Positions 1 through 10,725 of a DNA stretch of 64,000 nt are shown in pieces. Positions within the stretch are counted from its first letter, which is position 1; each line of letters begins with the position of its first letter. A program made the translations under genes and the position numbers. Under the pieces are notes generated by a model that was not told the origin of the DNA, ran no database searches, and was given only the letters and a program-made list of their open reading frames with translations. Source of the DNA: Bacteroidia bacterium (lineage in GTDB: Bacteria; Bacteroidota; Bacteroidia; M30B66); contig OZ257142.1 of NCBI GenBank assembly GCA_965279035.1, forward strand, positions 224,001 through 288,000. Direction: 5' to 3'.

Positions 1-3000
1 ATAAGAATATGTGGTATTGTCTGAGCCTGTTCCAAGCATCGTCATATTACTATATCCCAATGATAATGAAGGGAGAAGCTTTGATTTTTCAAGTCTCCTA
101 CTAGCAATGGATACCTGCTTTTGTTGATCAAGGATTTTCAAAGCAGGATGTTGAAGATTCATTGTTGAAGCTGAAAACGAATCTTTCATTTTAAAACCAA
201 TGTCTTCAGGTACAAACTTCGAATTTGAATTCAGTAATAATTGAAATTCTAATAAAAGCAATCTTTCTTCTGTTTCAAGCTGATTCAATTGAATAGAAAT
301 TTGTCCTCTTTGCATTTGGGCAGAAGTGATTTCTATTACATTGCTTTCTCCACTAGAAAATCGTTGCTGTGTTTTTTCAAAAAAGCCTAAGTATAAACTA
401 TCAATTTTAAGAAGTAATTGCCGCTTTTCTTTCAGAAACAATAAACCATAATACGCTTGCCTAACAGCCCGTGTAATTTCAGCTTTCTTCAAGTCAATCT
501 GAAGAATATATCCCTTAAAGTCTTCAGAATAAAGTGTTTTTTGACGAGAGTAAACCGTAGGAAAGCTAAAATTCTGAGCGAGCCCAAAACGATTATCATG
601 ATATCGACTATTGATATTTCCATATTCTGCTCCAATGGATGTCTGAGGTATATCCCAAGCTGTATTTTTAAGTTGCTTATGATATTCTGCTAATAGAGTT
701 TGGTTTTTAACCAGAAGATTGTTTTTCAAGGCTGTGTCGATTGCTGTTTGAAGCTTGATCGGTTGTTGAGCAATTGAAGCACTTCCGGAGAGAAATAAAA
801 AAATAACAAGTCCAATTGTTGCACTGTTCTTTTTCACCTTTTGAGAGCCTGTTGTCTTCTCGAATAATATGTAAAGAATGGGCAAAACAAACAATGTTAA
901 AAAGGTGGCGATCAATAACCCTCCAATGACAACTGTTGCTAAAGGACGTTGAACTTCTGCTCCAGCACCATTACTTAAAGCCATAGGAAGAAAACCAAGC
1001 GATGCAACAAAGGCTGTCATTAACACTGGGCGTAAACGAATTTTAGTTCCCATGAGTACAATTTTATTAAGGTCGGTCCAGCCTTCCGCTTTCAATCGAT
1101 TGAACTCTGCCACTAAGACAATCCCATTCAAAACGGCTACTCCAAACAAAGCAATAAATCCAACTCCCGCTGAAATACTAAATGGCATTCCCCTTAGGCT
1201 CAAGGCGAAAATTCCACCAATAGCCGAAAGTGGAATTGCAGAGTAAATGAGAAGTCCTTGACGGATTGAGTTGAAAGAAAAATAGAGTAGAATAAAAATT
1301 AATAATAAGGAAACAGGGACTGTAATACTTAATCGCGCTTTGGCTGCATTGAGGTTTTCAAATGCACCTCCATATGTTATTTGATATCCAGCAGGTAGTT
1401 TCAAGCCTTTCTTAACTTTTATTTGTAATTCATTAACGATTGTTTGAACATCTCTTCCTCGTGTGTTGAACCCAACTACGATTCGGCGTTTTGCATCTTC
1501 ACGTTGAATTTGATTGGGGCCTTCTTTCATCTCCACATTGGCTAATTGCGATAGCGGGACTTGTTGTCCACTAGGTGTTGGAATTAATAGATTCTTCACG
1601 TCTTCGATGTTTTCTCTTTGCTTACCATCTAAGCGCACAACGAGATTAAAACGTTTTTCACCTTCGTAAACAAAGCCTGTACTTTGCCCCGCTAGTCCTA
1701 TGTTTACCACTTTATTTATGTCTTCTATAGACAATCCAAATTGCGCAATAGCGGCTCGATTATAATCAATGACTATTTGTGTCATCCCTGTGACAGGTTC
1801 TACATAAATGCCTGTAGCACCTTCAACAGTTGAAGAAATTTCGCCCAGTTTTGTAGCGTAGTGGGCTAGGGTATCTATATTTTCACCAAATATTTTGCAT
1901 ACTACATCTTGTTTTGCACCTGTCATCAATTCATTAAAACGCATTTGAACAGGATATTGAAAGCTGACTGTTATTCCCGGAACTTCGGAGATTGCTTTGG
2001 TCATTTTTTCGGCTAATTCGTTAAATGTTGTTGCCGAAGTCCATTCACTTCTATCTTTAAGAATCACCATCATATCAGCGGCTTCCATTGGCATTGGGTC
2101 TGTCGGAATTTCTCCACTACCAATTTTAGTAACGACTTTTATTACTTCAGGAAAACGGTTTTTGAGAATCCCTGCTGCCTTTTGTGTGCTTTCGATGGTT
2201 GTTTTTAAATTACTTCCAGTAAGGACGCGGGTTTCCACAGCAAAATCGCCTTCTTCAAGCGCAGGAATAAATTCTCCACCCAAAGTTGACAACAGATAAA
2301 TTGAAAGAGCGAACATCACTAAAACAACAGAAATCAATGCCTTAGGAATTGCAAGTGCTCGATGAAGTGCATGTTGAAATTTCTTTTCGAAGAAAATCAT
2401 CATTCGATCTGAAAACGTCTTCTTATGTGAGCTGTTTTTACTCATCAAAAGCGAGGTAATCATGGGAACGTAAGTCAATGAAAGGATGAAAGCCCCAGTT
2501 AAAGCAAACACTACTGTTTGAGCCATTGGCTTAAACATTTTCCCTTCAATTCCCTGTAAGCTCAATATGGGTAGATAAACAACCAAGATGATGACTTGTC
2601 CAAATACAGCACTGTTCATCATTCTTCCAGTAGCCGATTTCACCTCGGTATTCATCTCTCCTTGTGTCAATCTCAACCCTTGCCCGAATCGTTTGCTATG
2701 TGTTAATTGGTGAAGTACTGCCTCAACGATGATTACCGCTCCGTCTACAATAAGCCCAAAATCCAAAGCACCAAAACTCATCAGATTGCCACTAACGCCG
2801 AACAAATTCATCATGATAACGGCAAACAACATGGCTAATGGAATAACAGAAGCGACGATAAATCCAGCCCTAAAATTTCCTAGAAAAAGGATTAAAACGA
2901 AAAGCACGATGAGAGCACCTTCCATCAAGTTCGTTTCGACAGTACCAATGGCATTGTTTACCATTTTAGTTCGGTCAAGGAAAGGTTCAATGACAACACC

Positions 3001-3963
3001 TTCGGGCAGTGTTTTTTGAATTTCGGCAACGCGGGCTTTCACATTTTCGATGACTTCATTGCTATTAGCCCCTTTGAGCATCATGACGATTGCCCCAGCT
3101 ACTTCGCCTTGATCGTTATAACACATAGCTCCATATCGAGTAGCACTACCAAAACGAACTTCTGCTATATCTCGAATTAATAATGGTGTTCCGTTCGAGG
3201 TGTTTTTAATGAATGTATTTTCAATGTCTTTGAGATTTTCAACTAAGCCTTCGCTCCGTATATATAATACCGTCGGTCCTTTTTCAATATAAGCACCTCC
3301 TGTATTTTGGTTGTTCTTTTCTAGAGCAATAAAGACTTCGTTAATTGTAATGTTGTTTGCTTTGAGTTTATTGGGTTCAACAGCTATTTCGTATTGCTTT
3401 AGATTACCTCCAAAGCTGCTCACTTCAGCAACTCCTTTCACTCTCAACAGATCACGCCGAACTACCCAGTCTTGAATGGTTCTTAAATCACTTGCGGAAT
3501 ATTTCTTTTCGAAACCCTTTTCAGGACGAATAACATATTGATAAATTTCCCCAAGTCCTGTTGTAACAGGTCCTAATGAAATAGAACCAATGCCTTGTGG
3601 AATTTCATCTTTCACTCCTTGAATTCTTTCTGCCACCTGTTGTCGAGCCCAATACACATCCACATTATCATTAAAAACGATGGTAACGAGTGAAAGTCCA
3701 AATCGAGAGAAACTCCGAATTTCATGGATACCAGAAATGTTGCTATTGGCTAATTCAATTGGGAAAGTGATAAGTCGTTCAATATCGGTTGCCCCCAATG
3801 ATGGAGCAACAGTAATAACTTGAACCTGATTGTTTGTGATATCAGGTACAGCATCAATTGGCAATCGTGTAAATTCATAACTGCCATAACCGATCAAAGC
3901 CAGAATAAATAAGGCGATGATTAATTTATTATTCACGGAAAATTCAATGATTCTATTGAGCAT
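1..3963 (-). CDS. CusA/CzcA-family heavy-metal efflux RND transporter with fused C-terminal TolC-like domain (3' end runs off the window)
   Basis: Absent from the ORF track, presumably because no stop lies in the window. Manual translation from ATG at 3963 gives MLNRIIEFSVNNKLII...LPIDAVPDITNNQVQVIT (HME-RND N-terminus). The same frame around 600-840 reads ...AQQPIKLQTAIDTALKNNLLVKN..., the OM efflux-like domain typical of Bacteroidota fusions. Confidence 0.92.
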   Translation of the reverse strand, partial: MLNRIIEFSVNNKLIIALFILALIGYGSYEFTRLPIDAVPDITNNQVQVITVAPSLGATDIERLITFPIELANSNISGIHEIRSFSRFGLSLVTIVFNDNVDVYWARQQVAERIQGVKDEIPQGIGSISLGPVTTGLGEIYQYVIRPEKGFEKKYSASDLRTIQDWVVRRDLLRVKGVAEVSSFGGNLKQYEIAVEPNKLKANNITINEVFIALEKNNQNTGGAYIEKGPTVLYIRSEGLVENLKDIENTFIKNTSNGTPLLIRDIAEVRFGSATRYGAMCYNDQGEVAGAIVMMLKGANSNEVIENVKARVAEIQKTLPEGVVIEPFLDRTKMVNNAIGTVETNLMEGALIVLFVLILFLGNFRAGFIVASVIPLAMLFAVIMMNLFGVSGNLMSFGALDFGLIVDGAVIIVEAVLHQLTHSKRFGQGLRLTQGEMNTEVKSATGRMMNSAVFGQVIILVVYLPILSLQGIEGKMFKPMAQTVVFALTGAFILSLTYVPMITSLLMSKNSSHKKTFSDRMMIFFEKKFQHALHRALAIPKALISVVLVMFALSIYLLSTLGGEFIPALEEGDFAVETRVLTGSNLKTTIESTQKAAGILKNRFPEVIKVVTKIGSGEIPTDPMPMEAADMMVILKDRSEWTSATTFNELAEKMTKAISEVPGITVSFQYPVQMRFNELMTGAKQDVVCKIFGENIDTLAHYATKLGEISSTVEGATGIYVEPVTGMTQIVIDYNRAAIAQFGLSIEDINKVVNIGLAGQSTGFVYEGEKRFNLVVRLDGKQRENIEDVKNLLIPTPSGQQVPLSQLANVEMKEGPNQIQREDAKRRIVVGFNTRGRDVQTIVNELQIKVKKGLKLPAGYQITYGGAFENLNAAKARLSITVPVSLLLIFILLYFSFNSIRQGLLIYSAIPLSAIGGIFALSLRGMPFSISAGVGFIALFGVAVLNGIVLVAEFNRLKAEGWTDLNKIVLMGTKIRLRPVLMTAFVASLGFLPMALSNGAGAEVQRPLATVVIGGLLIATFLTLFVLPILYILFEKTTGSQKVKKNSATIGLVIFLFLSGSASIAQQPIKLQTAIDTALKNNLLVKNQTLLAEYHKQLKNTAWDIPQTSIGAEYGNINSRYHDNRFGLAQNFSFPTVYSRQKTLYSEDFKGYILQIDLKKAEITRAVRQAYYGLLFLKEKRQLLLKIDSLYLGFFEKTQQRFSSGESNVIEITSAQMQRGQISIQLNQLETEERLLLLEFQLLLNSNSKFVPEDIGFKMKDSFSASTMNLQHPALKILDQQKQVSIASRRLEKSKLLPSLSLGYSNMTMLGTGSDNTTYSY

Positions 3964-4100
3964 TTTCTTGAAATAAACTTGTGATTGAAATAGAGATAAA
4001 TACTTCCATTAGAGCGCTCAAATCCATAGTTAGGATTGCGTTTTAAATGGGTATTCAATCAGTATTATAACTGAATTTGACGATCTAATCGCCTTTAATT

Positions 4101-4475
4101 TTATACCGCTTGGGGAGGTTGAAACACCGATGATGCGTGGTCTCTTGTTTCTTTTGGAATATGTAGAACAGGTCGTTCTGGGTAATGTGTAATGTGAATA
4201 AAAGTAAAATCAGTATAAATTAATTCTGCTGTATAAGCACAGGTATATGCGTGTTGAAAAGGTAACTTACAGTTATCTTCCTTACTGTGATCACTATTCG
4301 CTGAATAATGAAGAAATAGAAAATCGGCAATGCTTATTTTTTCTTGTGATCGACTTTCGTGATGATTGTAATGTTCAATCAAGTTAAGCACCTTGGGAAT
4401 TTCGTCCCAATCTGAGCCAGGCATAAGACTTCCTGCAAAAAAGTAAAGTGCTAAAAGAAATGCGATGGGTCTCAC
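4101..4475 (-). CDS. Small His/Cys-containing hypothetical protein of the type found upstream of Bacteroidota metal-efflux RND genes
   Basis: 124 aa, GTG start, hydrophobic N-terminus, EHYNHH / FLFLHY / KLPF motifs and a C-terminal VFQPP. A TACTTTTG -7 box lies at 4480-4487 on the minus strand. Confidence 0.7.
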   Translation of the reverse strand: MRPIAFLLALYFFAGSLMPGSDWDEIPKVLNLIEHYNHHESRSQEKISIADFLFLHYSANSDHSKEDNCKLPFQHAYTCAYTAELIYTDFTFIHITHYPERPVLHIPKETRDHASSVFQPPQAV

Positions 4476-4642
4476 AGGACAAAAGTAGTGAATGACTCCT
4501 TGCTTTTCACATCATTATATTATTTAGAACATATCACAATAACTGCAATTGGTTGAAAATGATTTATTTAATTTTATTCTCCTCTGTGTAGATTGAATTT
4601 CAACCTAATTCTTTTGTATAAATGCTTTCGCTATATCAAGTA

Positions 4643-7084
4643 TTAAAACTTCAATTTAAGCATAACCAAAAAGTTTCTTCCTGCTTGTGGGTAATAGTAG
4701 TTGTAATCGTAACGTTGACCGCCCGATAATCCTGAATACGTATAGCCGTTCGGATTGTATTTCACTCCTAAGAGATTGTTGATCGAAACTGCGAATTCAA
4801 TTCCTGGAGCTTTGATAAATTCCGGCGTCCAATTGATGCGTATGGATTGAGTAGTAAATGCATTGAGTTTTCTTAAATCAGATTGGGTATTGTCGAGATA
4901 TTGTTTCCCAACGTATTTGCTGATTAATGAAATACGAAGTCTCTTTAATGGCTCATAGCTAATTGTTGAAGCGCCAACAACCGAAGGCGAAAACGAAATA
5001 TCCGTATTCCAATACTTGATGCTATCTTGAAGATAGGTATCGTAATTTTCGATATACTCGGTGAACTTGTTGATTTTATTTTGACTCAAAGCGAGGTTTG
5101 CTTGCCAAGTGATTTTACTTGTTAACTGCCAGCCAGCTTCTAACTCAATACCATTACGGAAGCTTTGTGGAATGTTGATGCGGTTGTATGCACCAACATC
5201 GTTAACGGCTCCAGTTAATACCAATTGATTCTTGTAATTCATGGAATAAAGGGTCAGACCAGCTTGGAACTTTTTGCTTTTAAAGCGGTATCCCAATTCG
5301 AAATCGGTGAGGTGTTCAGGAAGCGGTCTACTTAATGCGGATGAGTTTGTATAATCGTCGCGCACTGGCTCGCGGTTGCCTACTGAGACTGAGTAAAATA
5401 TACGATGTTCGTTATTGATATCCCAAGTTAAACCTGCTTTGGGATTAAAGAAATTGAGTCTTACTTCCTGCTGAACCGATTGAAGCTGAGAGTTAAATCC
5501 TAAAAACGAATAGTTGATTGTTCGGTATTGCAAATCCACAAAGAAGTCGAGCTGGGAGCTAATTTCGACATTAGCCTTAGTGTAAATATTGAAATCGGTT
5601 TTTCGCGCTGTGTCTTGGTAGTAGTGATAATTAATCGGGAATGCATTGGCATATGTTGCCCAAATCACTTCACCGTAATGTGTTCCATTGTATTGATTCC
5701 ATCCGCCACCAAAAATCATTCGGATGCGATTGCTTGGAATATAGGTAGCTGAGAAAACAGTTCCGTAAAAATGATTGTCGAGCCAACGGCGACGAATTAA
5801 ATTGGTAGTGTATACAGTATCTACCGGAACAATCAGCGTATCATTTCCTTGAATATGCTGCATTTGCCCAAGGTATTGATCGCTAACACCATAATTTGAA
5901 AACAATTGATCTTCTTTGAATTCTTCATAATACCCTTTTCCACGTGTATAATGAAGTGCTGCATTAATGAGTAATTTTTTAGACGCTTGATGATTGAAGA
6001 AAAACTGATAATGGTCTTGTTGGTAGTTATCGGTTTGATTGGTATAAAAAGTTTCTTTGCCATCGGCGCCAATATAGCTCCCGGCAGGATTGTAGGTTGG
6101 ATGTGTTTGCAAAGAATCTTGAGGAACTCCATACCAAGCTTGATAGGTCTTTTCCATCCCAGAAAATACATTGGCGCGAAGACTTGTTTTGCCTTTGTAC
6201 CAAGCAGCCGTCATGAAATAGGATTTTAAATCGGAAGCAGCGCGATCGATATAGCCATCACTGTTGATTTTAGATAATCGTAAGTCGAAAGTAAAACCAT
6301 TGATCATTCCCGTTCCTGCCTCAATGGTATTGCGCAATGTGTTAAAAGATCCAGCACTACTGGTAAGTGAAGCGTATGGATTTCCTTTGAATTCGTTGGT
6401 TTGCATATTCAAAGTAGCTCCAAAAGCACCTGCACCATTGGTTGAAGTTCCCACACCACGTTGCAATTGAACGCTGTTAACAGAAGAAGCAAAATCGGGC
6501 ATGTTCACCCAAAACAAACCATGCGATTCAGCATCATTCATTGGAATTCCATTCACCGTAACATTGGTGCGTGTTGGATCACTTCCGCGTACGCGAATTC
6601 CTGTATATCCAATGCCTGTTCCTGCATCCGAATTGACCACCACCGACGGTTGGTTGTTAAGCAGCATGGGCATATCTTGACCAAGATTTTGTTCAGCAAT
6701 TTCTTTTTTCGAAAGAGTGCTGAAAGCCATCGCCGATTTATCCCCCGCACGGGTAGCACTAATCACCACTTCATCGGCAATAAAAACCTTTCGTTGCAAG
6801 GTAAAATCGAGTGTTGTTGCTCCTTTGGGTGTAACGCGTTTGCTCGTACTTACATAGCCTAGCATGCTTACTTCAATCAGTATTTCTTTCTCAGAAAGTG
6901 CTTTTAACTGATACATTCCTTTGGCATTGGTCGATGTCGCAAAATAGGTTCCTGAAACATTGACAATCGCACCGGGAATAGGCTGTCCATCAGCATCACT
7001 AATTGTTCCGTTGATAGAATTTTGTGCAATGCTATCGAATGAATATCCGAGAAATAAAATCAATGAAAGTAAATACGTACGCAT
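4643..7084 (-). CDS. TonB-dependent receptor, probable thiamine uptake
   Basis: Signal peptide, carboxypeptidase-regulatory-like N-domain, plug motifs (RVRGSD...NGIPMND; SVQLQRGVGTS) and C-terminal F. A TPP riboswitch lies directly upstream. Confidence 0.92.
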   Translation of the reverse strand: MRTYLLSLILFLGYSFDSIAQNSINGTISDADGQPIPGAIVNVSGTYFATSTNAKGMYQLKALSEKEILIEVSMLGYVSTSKRVTPKGATTLDFTLQRKVFIADEVVISATRAGDKSAMAFSTLSKKEIAEQNLGQDMPMLLNNQPSVVVNSDAGTGIGYTGIRVRGSDPTRTNVTVNGIPMNDAESHGLFWVNMPDFASSVNSVQLQRGVGTSTNGAGAFGATLNMQTNEFKGNPYASLTSSAGSFNTLRNTIEAGTGMINGFTFDLRLSKINSDGYIDRAASDLKSYFMTAAWYKGKTSLRANVFSGMEKTYQAWYGVPQDSLQTHPTYNPAGSYIGADGKETFYTNQTDNYQQDHYQFFFNHQASKKLLINAALHYTRGKGYYEEFKEDQLFSNYGVSDQYLGQMQHIQGNDTLIVPVDTVYTTNLIRRRWLDNHFYGTVFSATYIPSNRIRMIFGGGWNQYNGTHYGEVIWATYANAFPINYHYYQDTARKTDFNIYTKANVEISSQLDFFVDLQYRTINYSFLGFNSQLQSVQQEVRLNFFNPKAGLTWDINNEHRIFYSVSVGNREPVRDDYTNSSALSRPLPEHLTDFELGYRFKSKKFQAGLTLYSMNYKNQLVLTGAVNDVGAYNRINIPQSFRNGIELEAGWQLTSKITWQANLALSQNKINKFTEYIENYDTYLQDSIKYWNTDISFSPSVVGASTISYEPLKRLRISLISKYVGKQYLDNTQSDLRKLNAFTTQSIRINWTPEFIKAPGIEFAVSINNLLGVKYNPNGYTYSGLSGGQRYDYNYYYPQAGRNFLVMLKLKF

Positions 7085-7156
7085 CGCTGTTGGTTTTTAA
7101 CGACTAACAACGGATCGCAGGGGTCGACGAATCCGACAAATTGTAAAACAATACCA

Positions 7157-7256
7157 GCCTCCCTACGCCGGCATTACCCGGATCAGGTTCGATCGCTCCA
7201 AAAGGCTAGAGCGAAAAGGGTATAATCTCAGCCACGTTTACACGCAGCACCCCTTG
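7157..7256 (-). ncRNA. TPP (THI-box) riboswitch
   Basis: Reverse complement reads GGGGTGC...GCTGAGATTATACCC...GAACCTGATCCGGGTAATGCCGGCGTAGGGA, containing the hallmark TPP aptamer motifs, upstream of a TBDR. Confidence 0.95.
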
Positions 7257-7302
7257 AATTATGCAGCAAATCACGGAAAGCTTTCTGGATTTCGCAAGGA
7301 AA

Positions 7303-7824
7303 TTATTCAGCAGAATGATCAACAGATGCGTCATCTGCCAGTGATTTCAATGCTTTGCGGTTGATTTTGATGACTTTTTTTAGACGTTTATCCACCGATT
7401 TTTGTTTGGTTTTCATGCTTTTAAAAAAAGCGGCTTCGGTTGCAGCAAAAACAGGAGTTGCTTTTTCGATCAATTCCATTCCGCGAGGCGTGATGAGTAA
7501 TGAGCGAGAACGGGTATCCATGTGATGTGGTTTTCGCATGATGAGTTTATGCTCTTCGAGTGTTCGGAGAACTTTTGAAGCCATCATTTTATCACAATTG
7601 GCATGATTCGCAACCATCATTTGAGTGATTGCTGTATCGGATGTTTTATTTAAGGTGGCGAGAGAAGTCAAAAGAAGAAACTGAACATGAGTAAGTCCGA
7701 GTGGATCAAGACTTAATTTCATGTGTCTTTGCCACAGATTTGTAACCTGCCAAACCAGAAATCCTGTAGTATCCGAAGGATCTTCAAAAGCAAGTTCAAA
7801 ATTGGGAACGAGACGTTTCTTCAT
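7303..7824 (-). CDS. MarR-family transcriptional regulator
   Basis: GFLVWQVTNLWQR...GLTHVQFLLL...SKVLRTLEE...DTRSR winged-HTH signature. Confidence 0.9.
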   Translation of the reverse strand: MKKRLVPNFELAFEDPSDTTGFLVWQVTNLWQRHMKLSLDPLGLTHVQFLLLTSLATLNKTSDTAITQMMVANHANCDKMMASKVLRTLEEHKLIMRKPHHMDTRSRSLLITPRGMELIEKATPVFAATEAAFFKSMKTKQKSVDKRLKKVIKINRKALKSLADDASVDHSAE

Positions 7825-7835
7825 GGTTTTGGTTT

Positions 7836-8168
7836 TCAGGAAATTTTCCAGCCATTTGGAACAGGCATTTGAGGTTGAATGAGCACAACATCGCCCTGTT
7901 CATCGGTAGCTCCCAAAACTAAGCAATCGGAGCGGAATCCAGCAATGCGTTTAGCTGGAAAATTAATGACTGCAATGATCTGCATGCCAATAAGATCAGA
8001 CTCAGTATAGCGACGAGTTAGTTGAGCACTACTTTGAAGTATCCCCATTTCCCCGAAATTTATCGTGAGTTGATAAGCGGGCTTGATGGCTTTTTCAAAG
8101 AATACGGCTTCGAGAATGGTTCCAACACGTATGTCGAGAGCTGTAAATTGATCGAATTGAGCTTCCAT
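7836..8168 (-). CDS. csaA: CsaA/Trbp111-like tRNA-binding protein / export chaperone
   Basis: DIRVGTI...KPAYQLTINFG...SSAQLT...NFPAKRIAGFRSDCLVLGA OB-fold motif. Confidence 0.85.
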   Translation of the reverse strand: MEAQFDQFTALDIRVGTILEAVFFEKAIKPAYQLTINFGEMGILQSSAQLTRRYTESDLIGMQIIAVINFPAKRIAGFRSDCLVLGATDEQGDVVLIQPQMPVPNGWKIS

Positions 8169-9470
8169 TTATTTTAGATCAGGACGAAGAAATACATTCC
8201 AATAGCGCTCGGCAGTCATTTCCTCCCAATGAATTTGATAGTAGCGGTATTGATAAATCTGTATTTGACAGATCAGAATACACATCACAACCAGTGTGCG
8301 ACTAGCGAATCGAATTGCCCTTGCATTTTGTTGAAGAAGCAAAGCCAAACCGATAGCAAAAAAGGGAAGGTATTCGACCAGAACGCGTGATGAAAAACTT
8401 CCTCCATACCACCAATTCCACCAAGATGAGAGCAAATAAATTAGTAGAAATCCCCAAGCTAAACCATAAACCAACTGAGGACGATTTTGCTTGGGCGTGA
8501 AATAATATCCCATCAATCCAACAAATAAAATGGGTGTATATAAGAAAGCTCCCTTCTTATAACTCACTAGAAATTCGATGAAATGTGGTTTCAGAAAATG
8601 AAACTCTTCGCCAGGATAGGAATCAAGAAAGAACTTTCCGGTTTGTATTTTCCACAAAATGGGCTGAATAGATAGAATTGCTGTAGCCAAAAGGATTGGA
8701 AGAAAAGCGTGTCCAGAATACAATGCTGATTTAATGCGAACAAACACATCGGAAAGAGAAGTTCCTAAAAGCGGAATGGCAAAGATTAGAAATCCATTTA
8801 CTGGACGAATGAGGATGATCATTCCCATGCAAATTGCAGCAAATAAAAGGTGTTTCATCATCGCATTGCGCAACCATGAATGCATAGAATTTAGAAAGCC
8901 GCAGGTAAAAGCAAAGGAGTAACTATGCGACATGCCCGGTTCCAAGATGCTGTAATAAAGCAGATTGGTTGCAAAGAGAGTTGCAAGCAAAGTCCAAGAA
9001 ATTTGAGCTTCGGAAAAGTGCATGTTGAGCAAAAGTCGACGCAGGAAAATCAATCCAGCAAGGGTGTAAAAAATGCCAGCGAGGTTGATGAATAATTGGT
9101 AATAGAATGAATATCCATCTTCAATTCCTCCAGAAATCTTGGTGATGAAATGAGCCATGAAAAAGAATGGCAGTTCTGCTAAGGCAGTTCCAACGAAATA
9201 CTTATTGCTATGAGTATGACCAATTTCAACACGATACACCGCACGATGACGAGGATCGGTTTGGGGATTTTCTATGCTTTCTTGAAAGTTGAACTGTAAA
9301 TCATGATGGATGAAAATGGCTGGTAGCCAAGCATAATAGCCTCTAGCATCGGAACGTAAAATGCCTTTCCAGTAATCCTTTGGCCAATTGATGTTTGATG
9401 AAACGAGCATTAAAATGCAGGTACTCAAAAGCAAAATCCATTGAGAAGAACTGAGTCGGCTTCTACGCAT
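8169..9470 (-). CDS. Polytopic membrane protein, GT-C-like glycosyltransferase candidate
   Basis: Many TM segments, N-terminal SDARGYY loop, LIRP motif and WWYGGSFSSR motif. Confidence 0.6.
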   Translation of the reverse strand: MRRSRLSSSQWILLLSTCILMLVSSNINWPKDYWKGILRSDARGYYAWLPAIFIHHDLQFNFQESIENPQTDPRHRAVYRVEIGHTHSNKYFVGTALAELPFFFMAHFITKISGGIEDGYSFYYQLFINLAGIFYTLAGLIFLRRLLLNMHFSEAQISWTLLATLFATNLLYYSILEPGMSHSYSFAFTCGFLNSMHSWLRNAMMKHLLFAAICMGMIILIRPVNGFLIFAIPLLGTSLSDVFVRIKSALYSGHAFLPILLATAILSIQPILWKIQTGKFFLDSYPGEEFHFLKPHFIEFLVSYKKGAFLYTPILFVGLMGYYFTPKQNRPQLVYGLAWGFLLIYLLSSWWNWWYGGSFSSRVLVEYLPFFAIGLALLLQQNARAIRFASRTLVVMCILICQIQIYQYRYYQIHWEEMTAERYWNVFLRPDLK

Positions 9471-10711
9471 TATGACTCAGGATAAAGGAGGTATTTTTTT
9501 CGCATTTCGCGATACGCATTCAATCCCGGTTCCCAACTTTTACGAATTTCTGTTTCGCTTTTTCCCTCGAGAATTTGTTTCCGTAATTTATCGGTACCGG
9601 CAAGCTTATCGAAAAAGTTGTTGAAATAATCAGGCTTCTTTCCGTTTGCATCGTACATACTTTGCAACCAAAAGAGGTAAATCATCTTAGTATCTCGAAC
9701 GAAATTTTCTCCAAAACCACTGAGGTCAAATCCTTTGCAATCTTTATTTTCATACATAGGTGCTTTGCTTCCCGGTCCTGATTTCGGTGTGAAATGAAAT
9801 TCTCCAACAGCATTTCCAGGAAATCCAATTTGCTCAAAAGGATGCGTCGTTCCCCTGCCAACACTCACATTGGTTCCTTCGAAAAAACACAAGGATGGAT
9901 AAAGGTAAATCGCATTCATCGTTTGCAAGTTGGGTGAAGGAGGAGTTGTTAGTTGATAGTAATTGCTATGTGCCCAGCCCTTGCATTGTATGACATTGAG
10001 CTTGCATTTTACTTTTCCTTTCAACCAGCCTTCTCCATTCACCATTTGAGCATATTCTCCTACAGACATTCCATGCACAACGGGCACTGGGTGCATGCCC
10101 ACAAATGAGGAAAATGCAGGTTCCAAAACAGGTCCATCGGTATAATGTCCGTTGGGATTTGGACGATCGAGTACAACGAGCGGAATGCCTTTTTCAGCAC
10201 AAGCTTCCATCACAAGCGAAAGCGTAGAGATGTAGGTGTAAAAGCGAGCTCCAACATCTTGGATATCGAAAACAACGATATCTACATCACTAAGCTGTTC
10301 CGGCTTCGGCTTCTTGTTATCACCGTATAGCGAAATCAGAGGCAATCCGGTTTTAGCATCGTTTGCTGACTTCACTTTTTCGCCCGCATCGGCTGCACCA
10401 CGAAATCCATGTTCGGGAGCAAACACTTTGACAAGATTCAGGTTGAGCGAACGTAAGGTGTCGACAAGGTGGGTATTTCCAATCAAGGAAGTATGGTTTG
10501 CCACTAAGGCAACACGTTTCCCTTTAAGTAGTGGTAAATATTCGGAAATTCGCTCTGCTCCTATTTCTACGTCAGCATCGGTTTTAATAACAACCTCCAC
10601 CCGACTAAAAATTTGAGGTCTTAGTGAAAGTGGAAAAAGGAAAGCGATGAGGATTATCCAGCCAAAGGCCTTTATTTTCCTAACTTCGGGCACTTGATTT
10701 TTTAGATTCAT
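9470..10711 (-). CDS. DUF1343 / NamZ-like exo-beta-N-acetylmuramidase
   Basis: FAPEHGFRG, FDIQDVGARFYTY, VLDRPNP and PPSPNL motifs. Confidence 0.9.
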   Translation of the reverse strand: MNLKNQVPEVRKIKAFGWIILIAFLFPLSLRPQIFSRVEVVIKTDADVEIGAERISEYLPLLKGKRVALVANHTSLIGNTHLVDTLRSLNLNLVKVFAPEHGFRGAADAGEKVKSANDAKTGLPLISLYGDNKKPKPEQLSDVDIVVFDIQDVGARFYTYISTLSLVMEACAEKGIPLVVLDRPNPNGHYTDGPVLEPAFSSFVGMHPVPVVHGMSVGEYAQMVNGEGWLKGKVKCKLNVIQCKGWAHSNYYQLTTPPSPNLQTMNAIYLYPSLCFFEGTNVSVGRGTTHPFEQIGFPGNAVGEFHFTPKSGPGSKAPMYENKDCKGFDLSGFGENFVRDTKMIYLFWLQSMYDANGKKPDYFNNFFDKLAGTDKLRKQILEGKSETEIRKSWEPGLNAYREMRKKYLLYPES

Positions 10712-10725
10712 TCAGTTTATCAGAA

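Noticed and set aside
1-840. RND-TolC fusion or a possible frameshift as a novelty
   Set aside because: Manual translation of 600-840 shows a continuous frame, and this fusion is the usual Bacteroidota CusA/CzcA architecture.
457-3019. Short plus-strand ORFs (457, 1052, 1997, 2729)
   Set aside because: Antisense shadows of the RND gene. The same applies to most short ORFs nested in longer genes across the window.
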